A stretch of DNA of 64,000 nt from Actinomycetes bacterium. GTDB lineage: Bacteria > Actinomycetota > Acidimicrobiia > Acidimicrobiales > JABEUL01. The notes below the pieces were generated by a model that saw nothing but the letters and a program-made list of their open reading frames with translations, made no database searches and had not been told where the DNA came from. The translations under genes were made by a program, and so were the position numbers. Positions 1 through 9,586 of this stretch are shown here, one piece after another. Position 1 is the first letter of the stretch; every line of letters begins with the position of its first letter. The DNA is taken from positions 29,070 to 93,069 of the forward strand of contig JAJZNL010000055.1 in assembly GCA_021852345.1 (NCBI GenBank), written 5' to 3'.

Positions 1-778
1 GCAGCCCAAACATCCTTGAGATCATCTTCACTTCCATTTCGCGATGCGGGAAAGGTCCCGGATCCTGTATTAATTTATCACGCTTAAGCGACTCGGTTAC
101 TTCAGCATCTTCTTCAAACGGTTTATCTGCGGACCCTTCAAAAAAGTTCGCCGACAGCGGTCGTCGAGGACGTTGACCGCCTGCTGCTGCCTCTTCGGCG
201 GGATAACCTAGAAGTTGAAGCCAAATAGGTATCCAACTGTCAGGTACGTGAAACATATCTTTTACCTTATCGGCTGCGGTAAATGCGTGAAGGCATGTAC
301 CCAACCCTTCATCTACAGCCGCCAGCAGGGCATTTGCGATCGCTTGACCTACTTCGATGGTTCCCATGAACATGGTAGCCATTTGATTATCTGCGATCGG
401 TTTTAATACCTGCGGCCATAAGAATTCGTCCACGTAAGCTTTCGACCATCCGTGTGAGGGCGTAAGCACATGATTCTCCACCAACTCTTTTAATCTATCT
501 GCTCCACCATTCGGATAATCCATGTCCAAATACCAAAAAATATAGACCGGAGCCAAATCCAAAGACGCAGTCGTAGTTGGATTTCGCAGCGCGTCAATTG
601 TCTCGGCCGGCAGTTCAGATCTCCTAACCACGATTGCTTTTGCATAATCTGCGTTCATCGATCTTGAACTCCGATTTGCGGCCTCAAAGATTTTTTGAAT
701 CTTCTCCCTTTCAACGGGTTGCCAGGGTCTGAAAAACCTAATGCTCCTCCTGGTTCCTGCGGCTTCTTTAAATTCCAT
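1..778 (-). CDS. Nitroreductase-family protein (runs off the left edge; not in the ORF track)
   Basis: Own translation from ATG 778 after AAAGGAG RBS: MEFKEAAGTRRSIRFFRPWQPVEREKIQKIFEAANR...VGQAIANALLAAVDEGLGTCLH...LLGYP. RRSIR and LAAxxxGLGTC are nitroreductase-fold signatures. Confidence 0.85.
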   Translation of the reverse strand, partial: MEFKEAAGTRRSIRFFRPWQPVEREKIQKIFEAANRSSRSMNADYAKAIVVRRSELPAETIDALRNPTTTASLDLAPVYIFWYLDMDYPNGGADRLKELVENHVLTPSHGWSKAYVDEFLWPQVLKPIADNQMATMFMGTIEVGQAIANALLAAVDEGLGTCLHAFTAADKVKDMFHVPDSWIPIWLQLLGYPAEEAAAGGQRPRRPLSANFFEGSADKPFEEDAEVTESLKRDKLIQDPGPFPHREMEVKMISRMFGL

Positions 779-817
779 TGTTACTCCTTTAATTTAACTC
801 ATGCAAAACTTTAATGA

Positions 818-2092
818 CTATTTTGTCAAAATACTCACCACGGCTGCCGCAGCATCCGTACCCAAAAATCCCCCGCCATTTTCGGCCAAAGCAACTCTAG
901 CCTTGGGAACTTGCCTCTTGCCACAGTGTCCCCTCAGCTGTTCAGTAAGCTCAACAATTTGAGCACAGCCGGTAGCGCCTATTGGATGACCTTTAGAAAG
1001 AAGTCCCCCGCTCGTATTTACAGGTACTTTACCGCCTAGGAACGGAGCTCCGGAAGCCAAAAAAGCAGGACCTTCACCCTGTTTGGCCAACCCCAGTTCC
1101 TCGTAGAGCATCATTTCTGCAGGTGCGGCGGCATCGTGAACTTCTACCACATTTAAATCTTCGGGAGATACTCCGCTTAGCTCATAGGCTTTTTGAGCAC
1201 TATGCGTAGCTACGCTGTCTTCTCCTCCCATTCTGTCCCTTCCAGAAAGCACAACTGAAGCCCTAAGCTTTATCATTGGCACTCCGAGCTTTCTTGCAAC
1301 TTCTCTAGAAGTCAGTACAACCGCAGCCGCGCCGTCGCCGATAGGCGAACACATTAGCAAAGTCAACGGATTTGAAATCATTCTTGAATTAAGAACTTCC
1401 TCTACGGATACAACCTCTCTGTATTGCGCCTTCGGATTCAAAGCTCCGTTTGAATGATTTTTGGACGCGATCTTTGCGAAATCTTCTGCTGTGGCACCGC
1501 TTTGTTGCATATAAAGTTGAGCGGCAATCCCGTAAACGTCCATGAATGCAGACTTTTGCGATCCTCCATCACCCTCAGTCTGTTTCTTACTCTCTTTTGC
1601 CACCTGCCCTTGGACATTTTCACTCTTATTCTCCTTGGGATATCCAAGAAGAATCTTAGATATCGGTTCGCGAGCTACGCCGAAGTCCTCTAAGTCGACT
1701 GCCGTACCAATTGCCGTAAGCGATCTAATTTTTTCGGCATGAGTTAATTTTTCGGCTCCAATTGCGATTGCAATATCAACAGAACCCGAAGCTACCGCCA
1801 TTCTCGCCATAGATACTGCGCTACTTGAGGAAGCACAAGCATTTTCAACATTCACTATAGGGGCGCCCAAAAGTCCAGTATGGTGCAATGCAGACTGCCC
1901 TCTTATCATCTCCTGTCCGGTTATGACCCCTCCTACTGCATTGGCAAAAAATACCATTCCGACATCTTTTGGTTCAATCGAAGCATCTTTAAGCGCTTCT
2001 TGTAACGCCTCTTCGGCTAAATTCCGAATTGATTTATCGTAAAACTTTCCGAACGTCGTCATCCCGACTCCGGCCACGATTACGTCTCTCAT
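818..2092 (-). CDS. Thiolase family protein (SCP2/lipid-transfer type)
   Basis: VENACASSS catalytic Cys, EVHDA, SGGLLSKGHPIGATG, ENGGG motifs. Confidence 0.9.
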   Translation of the reverse strand: MRDVIVAGVGMTTFGKFYDKSIRNLAEEALQEALKDASIEPKDVGMVFFANAVGGVITGQEMIRGQSALHHTGLLGAPIVNVENACASSSSAVSMARMAVASGSVDIAIAIGAEKLTHAEKIRSLTAIGTAVDLEDFGVAREPISKILLGYPKENKSENVQGQVAKESKKQTEGDGGSQKSAFMDVYGIAAQLYMQQSGATAEDFAKIASKNHSNGALNPKAQYREVVSVEEVLNSRMISNPLTLLMCSPIGDGAAAVVLTSREVARKLGVPMIKLRASVVLSGRDRMGGEDSVATHSAQKAYELSGVSPEDLNVVEVHDAAAPAEMMLYEELGLAKQGEGPAFLASGAPFLGGKVPVNTSGGLLSKGHPIGATGCAQIVELTEQLRGHCGKRQVPKARVALAENGGGFLGTDAAAAVVSILTK

Positions 2093-2113
2093 AACTATCT
2101 CCTAACTAAAATA

Positions 2114-3679
2114 TTAGACCTTATCAACAGCATTTTTAAAATCAAACGTTGTTGATTGAACTCCTCTTTCCTTCAAAACCTGATACTGAATTCGATGCGT
2201 GCCTGTCTTGGGTAATTCGTCCACAAATTCAATATACCTAGGAATTGCATGCTTTGCCATTTTATTGTTGCAGTATTCAATAACCTCTTTATATTCGAGG
2301 GTTGTATCTGGCTGCAGCACTATACAGACCATAACTTCGTCTTCTCCCAGTTCCGAAGGCACACCGAATGCCGCAGATTCCAATATCGAATCATGTTGAT
2401 TTAAAATTGTCTCTATCTCCCACGCAGATATGTTTTCGCCCAAACGCCTAATGGATTCCTTCTTGCGACCGTGATAATAAAAAAAACCTTCTTCATTCAT
2501 TTGGGCTAAATCTCCAGTGTGAAACCATCCGTTTCTGTTGGCCCATTCCGTTTCTTTCGGAAGATTATGATAACTGGTTTGAGGTCCGCTTGGACTCTTA
2601 AAGACCAGCTCTCCTACCGTATTGGGAGGGAGAATATTGTCAGAATCGTCAACCACATTAAATTCATATGATCCCAACGGTTTTCCCATAGAGCCAACCT
2701 TGCCCACATCATTTAGCAATAATCCGGGCGCGTCAATCATACCGTAAAACTCAACTATTTTCACGCCAAAGCGTTCTTCAAACTGCTGCCACCTATCCGA
2801 AGGACATCCTGCAGACAAGACTGTTCTGACATTGTGATCACGATCATTTTCTCTGGGCGGTTGCTTTAAAAGAATACTTATCATTCCCCCCAAAACATTG
2901 AACTCGACTGCATCATATTTTCGCAAGTCATCAAAAAACCTAGAAGCCGAGAATTTTTTTGCCAACGCCAATCGCGCACTCAAAACGATTGAACCCAATG
3001 CCGACACCAACAAAGCGTTGCCGTGGAACAGCGGAAGTGCCGTATACATTGTTTCTCCTGGTTTAACGCCCATGGCCATCAAAAGCGCAGCCGCTCCCGT
3101 ATTACTGTCAGAGGATTGGTTAACTACACCTTTTGGAGGACCGGTCGTTCCCGAAGTATACAAAAGTCCGCTGACGCTTCCCGGATCCGACGTGTCTATC
3201 TGAGGCTCTTGCGCCGGGAACTCCATAATTTTGTCAAATGAAACCCTGCCAGCGAAGGTATCGGTATCCTTGGTAATATCGGCTACGATTATGTGTTTGA
3301 GAAATTCAAGCTCTGACTTCATCCCAAGCAAATAAGGCAGGAAATCCGGCTCGGTGATAATTGCAACAGCTCTTGAGTCATTAAGGTAATGCTGTAACGT
3401 TACCGATCTCTGTGCGGTATTTATCGGAACCGACGTAACTCCTATAAAAGTACAAGCAAAATGACTCCACAAAAATTCGGGTCTGTTGGTCATCATGATG
3501 GCGACATGATCTTTAGGTTTAATCCCTAAATCAATTAAACCGTTTGCAACCTTAAAACAGTTATCTACGGTTACCTGCCAGCTAAACTGTTGATCTTCAA
3601 AAAGCAGCCAGATGTCATTCGGATTTTGCGAGGCATGTTGCCTCAAAAATATCTCGACTATTCCCTGCGGTCTGCTCAT
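2114..3679 (-). CDS. AMP-forming acyl-CoA ligase (CaiC-like)
   Basis: YTSGTTGPPKG AMP-binding loop, WFHTGD, GRKKESIRRLGENIS, LPKTGT. Confidence 0.9.
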   Translation of the reverse strand: MSRPQGIVEIFLRQHASQNPNDIWLLFEDQQFSWQVTVDNCFKVANGLIDLGIKPKDHVAIMMTNRPEFLWSHFACTFIGVTSVPINTAQRSVTLQHYLNDSRAVAIITEPDFLPYLLGMKSELEFLKHIIVADITKDTDTFAGRVSFDKIMEFPAQEPQIDTSDPGSVSGLLYTSGTTGPPKGVVNQSSDSNTGAAALLMAMGVKPGETMYTALPLFHGNALLVSALGSIVLSARLALAKKFSASRFFDDLRKYDAVEFNVLGGMISILLKQPPRENDRDHNVRTVLSAGCPSDRWQQFEERFGVKIVEFYGMIDAPGLLLNDVGKVGSMGKPLGSYEFNVVDDSDNILPPNTVGELVFKSPSGPQTSYHNLPKETEWANRNGWFHTGDLAQMNEEGFFYYHGRKKESIRRLGENISAWEIETILNQHDSILESAAFGVPSELGEDEVMVCIVLQPDTTLEYKEVIEYCNNKMAKHAIPRYIEFVDELPKTGTHRIQYQVLKERGVQSTTFDFKNAVDKV

Positions 3680-4968
3680 ATTTTGTAACTTTCTATAATT
3701 TGCTTGGCTCCGACCAATCCTAAAAATTCATTGACCCCATCTTCAATTAAGGCTGCTCGTGCATCCCTAAACAACTTTTCTATTACGGTTTCTTTGGCAA
3801 GTCCCATTCCGCCGAATACTTGAATCGAATTGTGAGAAACTTCGTATGCAATTTGGGTGGATGTCACTTTAGAAGCTATGCAGTGCGCTAAAGCCGGAAG
3901 GTGCGCAGTTGGATCTGCCAAATTATTTAATATATCCGTTGCCGCATTAATTGCGTTGTTCAAGAATGCTTGTTTAGAATATATATTTGCCATTTGAACC
4001 ATCTTAAACATGTCAAACAATTTCCCTTGAATCATTTGATGATCCGCAATAGTCTTTCCCCCTTGAACTCTGTTCCTGGAATAGTCAAGAGCTTCTTCAA
4101 ACGCAGCTCTTGCCAAACCGCTAAAGATAACTCCCATTCCCGAGTTTGCCGAAGCCAATGTTGCTCTAAGTAGCACGGGATAAAGTTCCGGACCTCCAAG
4201 TAAAAATCCGGCTGGGACTCTGACGTCGTCAAAGTAAATCTCACCTTGATTTAGTGCACGCTGCCCAAGTTTATCTAAGGCATTACCTCGTTTGACATTC
4301 GAACCGTCCAAAGGAACAATAAATACCCCGCCTCCAGCCATCCCTAAGGTAGGTTCGATTGTACAAAACAGCAGAGCATGAGTGGCTATTGTACCGTTTG
4401 ACACCCAAGCCGATTTTTGACCGCTTATTATCCAATCCGATCCGTCTTGACGTGCGCGACAGTTACCCGCCGTTTCCGGTTTATAGAAGGGATCCGTACC
4501 GACCCCCAAAGTGTCAGAGCCGTGACCGGGCTCCGTAATGGCCCAGCATCCGATTATCTTACCTTCTCGGTCTTTATGGAACGGCTCGATAATTTCATCA
4601 AGTAGTTGCTGATTTCCCATGAGAGTTGCAATAGGAGTGGCCAATTCGAATGGAAAGCCTGCGACTCCAAGACTAATAGCCAAATCAGCAGCCCCCCACC
4701 CGAGTTCTTCAAATACTATGCAGTTCGCATAAAGGTTTGACGATGCCCCGATGTCCGCTGAAGCCACCTGAGTACTAACGTGATTTGCTTGTCCGTACCA
4801 TGTCCTAAAAACATCCCAGAGTACCGAGTCTTTGGCGATTACGGACTGGGGATCCAACTTATCAAGCTTTAAACTGGCTGGTCTTAAAACATCTTTTGCG
4901 AATCGATGAGTTTCCTGCCGTACCTGTTGTTCTTCTTCAGTTTCCGGACCCTCTAATTTAAAAGCCAT
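3676..4968 (-). CDS. Acyl-CoA dehydrogenase
   Basis: CWAITEPGHGSD, ISGQKSAWVSNG, RVQGGK, QVFGGMG, EKLFRDAR motifs; stop overlaps the ligase start (ATGA). Confidence 0.92.
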   Translation of the reverse strand: MAFKLEGPETEEEQQVRQETHRFAKDVLRPASLKLDKLDPQSVIAKDSVLWDVFRTWYGQANHVSTQVASADIGASSNLYANCIVFEELGWGAADLAISLGVAGFPFELATPIATLMGNQQLLDEIIEPFHKDREGKIIGCWAITEPGHGSDTLGVGTDPFYKPETAGNCRARQDGSDWIISGQKSAWVSNGTIATHALLFCTIEPTLGMAGGGVFIVPLDGSNVKRGNALDKLGQRALNQGEIYFDDVRVPAGFLLGGPELYPVLLRATLASANSGMGVIFSGLARAAFEEALDYSRNRVQGGKTIADHQMIQGKLFDMFKMVQMANIYSKQAFLNNAINAATDILNNLADPTAHLPALAHCIASKVTSTQIAYEVSHNSIQVFGGMGLAKETVIEKLFRDARAALIEDGVNEFLGLVGAKQIIESYKI

Positions 4969-5127
4969 ATTGCAACCTCACTTAGTTTATTTAAATTTTT
5001 ATTTAAATTTAAATAACATTAATCGAAACTAAATTTTTTTTAGACTTATGCCTGTCGATAAACCGCCACGGTTAATTCAAAGCATAAGGCATCATAAGTA
5101 CATGCTATTCAAATACGGGTTTAATTT

Positions 5128-5147
5128 ATAGGGGATAAAGTCACTTA
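5128..5147. promoter_or_regulatory. Degenerate DosR/DevR-like box
   Basis: ATAGGGGATAAAGTCACTTA, 15/20 to TTAGGGACTAAAGTCCCTAA; about 160 bp upstream of the acyl-CoA dehydrogenase start. Confidence 0.35.
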
Positions 5148-5305
5148 TTAAAGAGCCGATTCTTATAGCAAATCTACAAAAACAGAAATTTACAAATTAA
5201 AGTTTAGATACCATGTGCCCAATATGACAATTTGTAAAACGTTCTTAACAGCTTCCTTGATCCCTTAATACTACACACATAATTAAAAATCGACCGACCA
5301 GACTA

Positions 5306-5674
5306 TTAACCAGTCGAATCATTATTTGTGACATTTATGGCATTTGTGGCGGATGCTTCAACGCTATTTATGGATAGTCTTTCTTTCAAAGAAGAAGACT
5401 GAGATTTCTTCTCCCACACAGGTTCGGGTTCTTGAATTTCAGGAGTTTTCAACCTAAATATCCAACGAATCACTAGTTTTATGATCTTAGGGTTAAAAGC
5501 CAGTTTTATCATAGAGCCCATGTCTTCTGAACGAATTCTTATTGTAGTTTCCCACGTGACTGGGGCATGAGTAACTCCGCTCAAGACAACTTCTTTTGAT
5601 TCGGTGGTGACTTTAAACTCACCCAAATTTAACTGAAGTTCGCGTTTTCCCAAGCCTCTGGATTTAATTCTCAT
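5306..5674 (-). CDS. Hypothetical protein, 122 aa
   Basis: Clean ATG ORF co-oriented with the acyl-CoA operon; globular-looking N-terminal ~75 aa (MRIKSRGLGKREL...PVTWETTIRI) plus low-complexity tail. Confidence 0.7.
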   Translation of the reverse strand: MRIKSRGLGKRELQLNLGEFKVTTESKEVVLSGVTHAPVTWETTIRIRSEDMGSMIKLAFNPKIIKLVIRWIFRLKTPEIQEPEPVWEKKSQSSSLKERLSINSVEASATNAINVTNNDSTG

Positions 5675-6258
5675 AAGTTAGATTGCCTTTCATTAAATTA
5701 CGATTCGTATATACTTTTTAAACTCAAGTTAAAGTTATTTTTTTTCAGCCGTCAGACACTTTTAATGATTAAGTACTATCTTGCCCGACGCAAATCCCTT
5801 TACCCTATATCAAAGGTACTTATTTCGCCACTTTTAAGTCAAGTTGCAAATTTAAAGTGATCCAAATAATACTTACCAACTTGGCCGCCTTCGTCGCTTC
5901 CAAAAATACGTGTTAAGCAAGTATGAACTGACACGTATTCTTTAATCCATAGAATAGCGCTATTGTTGTTTTCGACTTTTCCATTGTTGGCTGCAATTCG
6001 ACGGCTACCAGTGGCATATTGACTTCTTTGAAACAGAGAATCAGCAATACGGGTCTTTAGCTCCTTAAGTTTGACTATCTTGGCTTTTTGAGTTTTTCTT
6101 AGAATCGAAATATTAAATAAATTATCTGTTTTCTCGCTATCGAATTGAGTTGAGAGTCGCAAATTTAACCAATTTTGACTTTGTAAAGCAACTAAATCCA
6201 TGCCCAATGCGACATTAGACTTCATAATATACATGGTTATTTTAATACCTAAAAATAA

Positions 6259-6278
6259 ATAGGGACTAAAGTCCCAAC
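6259..6278. promoter_or_regulatory. DosR/DevR-type (NarL-family response regulator) binding box
   Basis: ATAGGGACTAAAGTCCCAAC; the 14-bp core GGGACTAAAGTCCC (6262-6275) matches the mycobacterial consensus core GGGACTWWAGTCCC exactly. Confidence 0.65.
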
Positions 6279-6578
6279 TCTCAGGAAAATTACTTTAGAG
6301 CAACAAAATCGGTTACGTATTTAAAACTTACTGGTCATGACTCTCGCAAATCGGCAGTGATATTTATCGTCGGCAAAACAAATAAATTTATACTTAAATT
6401 TAATAGATTTGAATCCATCTCTTTGATGCCCGCCAAAATTTAGACGAGCTGGAATTACCTTTAGGTTGCCTGCATTGAGGTCTATATCGTGTCATCAATT
6501 CTGTTTTACTAACTAAACTAAATACATTAGAGATACAAGTAAGTTTTAAGTCGAATTTGTAATTGCATTAGGTCAAAA

Positions 6579-7868
6579 GTGATTCAAATTCGATATTCGT
6601 CTTTCGCTTGTCAATATCAGCCTAACTCAATTCCAACAATAAATACAGTAGTGACCATCAACAAGCAAACTCAAAATGAACCTGAAACAATAAGCTCAAC
6701 TGGATTGAGCCCAGGAATTATATTTCTGCTGGCATTGGCAACTGGGGTCGCCGTGGCCAATACATACTACGTTCAGCCATTGTTACATGAACTGGTTAAA
6801 ACCTTTAATTCTGGTAACGCCATAACTTCCCTTGCCGTCACCGCAACTCAAATCGGTTATGCCTTTGGGCTGCTGCTTTTAGTTCCTCTGGGAGACATCA
6901 TATCCAGAAAAAAACTTTCAGGAATCATTACCGCCGTTACGGTGATTTCATTAATTTCAAGCGCACTGGCCAAATCAATATTTATGTTCGAGCTAAGTGC
7001 GATAGTTGTAGGGCTTACTTCGGTTATAACACATCTGTTAATACCGTTCGCCGCCGACATGGCCAACCCCGTTAACCGTGGAAAGGTTGTGGCCAGAGTA
7101 ATGTCCGGACTTTTAACCGGCATTCTCGTTTCACGGGGTTTTTCCGGAATTATTGCTCAATTTTTTGGATGGAGAACGGTGTATTTCTTGGCATCGATTT
7201 TTATGGCGATAGTTGGAATTCTTTTGGCTACATTCTTGCCACGCGAACATCGATCTCATAAGCCAAAATACACCGACCTTATCATTTCGACTTGGAAGCT
7301 TTTTTTCAATGAGCCACTACTTCAAAGGCGAGCCTTTATTGGAGCGACTACATTTGCAGGTTTTTCAATACTTTGGACATCAATCACGTTCTTGCTTACT
7401 TCCAAGCCCTACAACTATTCAGTCGGAATCGTCGGAATTTTCTCGCTGGTAGGTTTAGTAGGCATTGCCGCAGCAAATATTGCCGGAAGATTCGTTGACA
7501 AGGGCAAACAAAAAATGTCAACTTGGATCGCCGCTGTTGAACTGTTCGTTGCCTTTCTTATTTTATACTGGGGGACTACTTCGATAATAGCCGTTATAGC
7601 CGGAATAGTAATTTTAGATGCTTCAACGCAGACGATGCAGATTACCAATCAAGGAATTATCTTTTCAATCAGTGAACAATCACGCAGCAGAATTAACTCA
7701 TCGTACATGTTCTGCTATTTTATGGGAGCTTCCGTGGGATCTCTACTGTCAGGATTAACGTATCAAAGATTTGGCTGGCGGGGAATTTGCTCATTGGGTA
7801 TCGTATGTGCTTTACTTACCGCTTTAGGGTCAGCTAAACAGAAGTTACCTCAAGATACTATTCTTTAA
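6579..7868 (+). CDS. MFS transporter (12-TM; true start probably GTG 6651)
   Basis: VANTYYVQPLL, GLLLLVPLGDIISRK, AGRFVDKG, RSRINSSYM; many hydrophobic helices. Confidence 0.9.
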   Translation: MIQIRYSSFACQYQPNSIPTINTVVTINKQTQNEPETISSTGLSPGIIFLLALATGVAVANTYYVQPLLHELVKTFNSGNAITSLAVTATQIGYAFGLLLLVPLGDIISRKKLSGIITAVTVISLISSALAKSIFMFELSAIVVGLTSVITHLLIPFAADMANPVNRGKVVARVMSGLLTGILVSRGFSGIIAQFFGWRTVYFLASIFMAIVGILLATFLPREHRSHKPKYTDLIISTWKLFFNEPLLQRRAFIGATTFAGFSILWTSITFLLTSKPYNYSVGIVGIFSLVGLVGIAAANIAGRFVDKGKQKMSTWIAAVELFVAFLILYWGTTSIIAVIAGIVILDASTQTMQITNQGIIFSISEQSRSRINSSYMFCYFMGASVGSLLSGLTYQRFGWRGICSLGIVCALLTALGSAKQKLPQDTIL

Positions 7869-7885
7869 TACTGCATTTAGCCGAA

Positions 7886-9406
7886 TCAATAAGAGTCGTT
7901 GTCACTACTCAATTTCAATAATAACTCTTGAAGTGATTTTGGTTGACTGCTAAACCAAACGCCAAATCCGATAACTCCGTTTTCTTGTTTTATGTGCCTA
8001 ACCACGGTACCTTCAATGTCCAATACACCCGAATCGATGTCGATTTCAGCGTCAATCACATCACCGCATTCATACCAAAAACTGTCAATTTGTGATATTA
8101 ATGCGCCCGTCGTGGAAAGATCAACCAATTTACCTTTTTTATCATTAATTTTTATTGGCAAATCCACAAAGACTCTGTCGGCGGATCGCCTGTTAATAAT
8201 TTTTAATTTATTATATTTGGGCAATAGGAGCTCGATCTGTCCAGTCGATTCACGGTAGGTGCGATCAAGAATTTGAAATGCCCTGGTTGCGGCCGCATCC
8301 CAAGTAAGTTGTGAGGAATGCCTAAGGGCGCCAACTGATAATTGTTTGGACAACTCCCTATCTGTAGTTACCTGTACTAGACATTCAACAAACTGTTCTA
8401 GCGTGTCAAACAAAAACCCTGTCTCTCCGTCTACGACTGCATCCATGTGACCAGGTATTCTTGAAGCCACACTTAAAGTGCCGCAAGCGCCCGCCTCTGT
8501 TAGAGTCATACCCCAACCTTCTCTCATGGATGCTGAAACTACAGCCCACGCTCTTCTGTAGTAGCTTACAAGTTGGGAATCTGATATTTTACCAGCCAAC
8601 TTGCACCACGAAGAAGCATCGAGCTCATCAATAAGTTTATAAAGATCCGGTTTTGCGGCTCCCTCGCCAGCTATAACTAATTGCGCATTAGGTACTCGCT
8701 TACGCAGTTGATTAACCGCATTTATAACCCAATCATATCTTTTAACTTCAACAAGTCTTCCGACGGCAAAAATCAAAGGGTACTCAGACTTTTGACCCTG
8801 CGGGCGGAACCGTGAATTAACACCTGGGTGAACCACGTTGACATGATAATCCGGCCAACCCAGCAGATCAATGACTTCATCTGCCGAACTAGTTGACGGT
8901 GTGATTACCCTGGTATTTCTATAAAATTTGGGTGCAACTTTTTTCTCAAAATATGCCCCAACGTCGGCAAGCCCTATGGGTAGTACAGAACGCCAAAGTG
9001 CCTTTTCGTGTACATGGTGCAATATGACAACTCTCGGCCCCTTTGACCAGATCGGCGACAAGAATGGCATGCCGTTCCAAATCTCAACCAAAACATCGGC
9101 TTCAGGCATTCTTCCAATTAATCCGTCGATAACTGTTTGCCCAAAAACGCTGTATTTACTGGATTTACGAATAATCTTGTATCCGTCTCTCATCCCAACG
9201 GAATCATTATTGTCGGTGCTGGCGGTTCTCATAGTAACTTCCAGACCGGCCTCAGCCCACCTTTTTGCTATTTCATGTGCGTGAATTTCAGAGCCGCCGG
9301 CGGTAACATCTTCTAAGTCACGCCAAGCTACGATCGTAATTTTTCTTATACTCGACTGCTCTACCAGGTCTTTCAAAGACACCGGTTCAAACTTTTCCTT
9401 GGTCAA
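7886..9406 (-). CDS. GT4 (GT-B) glycosyltransferase with C-terminal PilZ domain
   Basis: AGGSEIH, VGRLVEVK, EGWGMTLTEAGACG (EX7E) motifs; C-terminus has RSADR (RxxxR) and DLSTTG (DxSxxG). Confidence 0.88.
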   Translation of the reverse strand: MTKEKFEPVSLKDLVEQSSIRKITIVAWRDLEDVTAGGSEIHAHEIAKRWAEAGLEVTMRTASTDNNDSVGMRDGYKIIRKSSKYSVFGQTVIDGLIGRMPEADVLVEIWNGMPFLSPIWSKGPRVVILHHVHEKALWRSVLPIGLADVGAYFEKKVAPKFYRNTRVITPSTSSADEVIDLLGWPDYHVNVVHPGVNSRFRPQGQKSEYPLIFAVGRLVEVKRYDWVINAVNQLRKRVPNAQLVIAGEGAAKPDLYKLIDELDASSWCKLAGKISDSQLVSYYRRAWAVVSASMREGWGMTLTEAGACGTLSVASRIPGHMDAVVDGETGFLFDTLEQFVECLVQVTTDRELSKQLSVGALRHSSQLTWDAAATRAFQILDRTYRESTGQIELLLPKYNKLKIINRRSADRVFVDLPIKINDKKGKLVDLSTTGALISQIDSFWYECGDVIDAEIDIDSGVLDIEGTVVRHIKQENGVIGFGVWFSSQPKSLQELLLKLSSDNDSY

Positions 9407-9586
9407 CCTAACCTAACCTGAATTGGAAAACGAGACTAATTCCCTTAAAAATTGCTACACATTTAATCTCGCTTAGTAATTTAAAGTTACAGCAAACAAT
9501 CACTTCAAGCAATATCTTAGTTTAAAATAAATACTAAACTGCAACGCAAAATCAAGGTTTAATCTGCTTAATTATAATTTACATAA

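Noticed and set aside
5839..6234. 131-aa - strand ORF next to the DosR-like box
   Set aside because: No recognisable motif or RBS; cannot be supported as a gene, though not excluded
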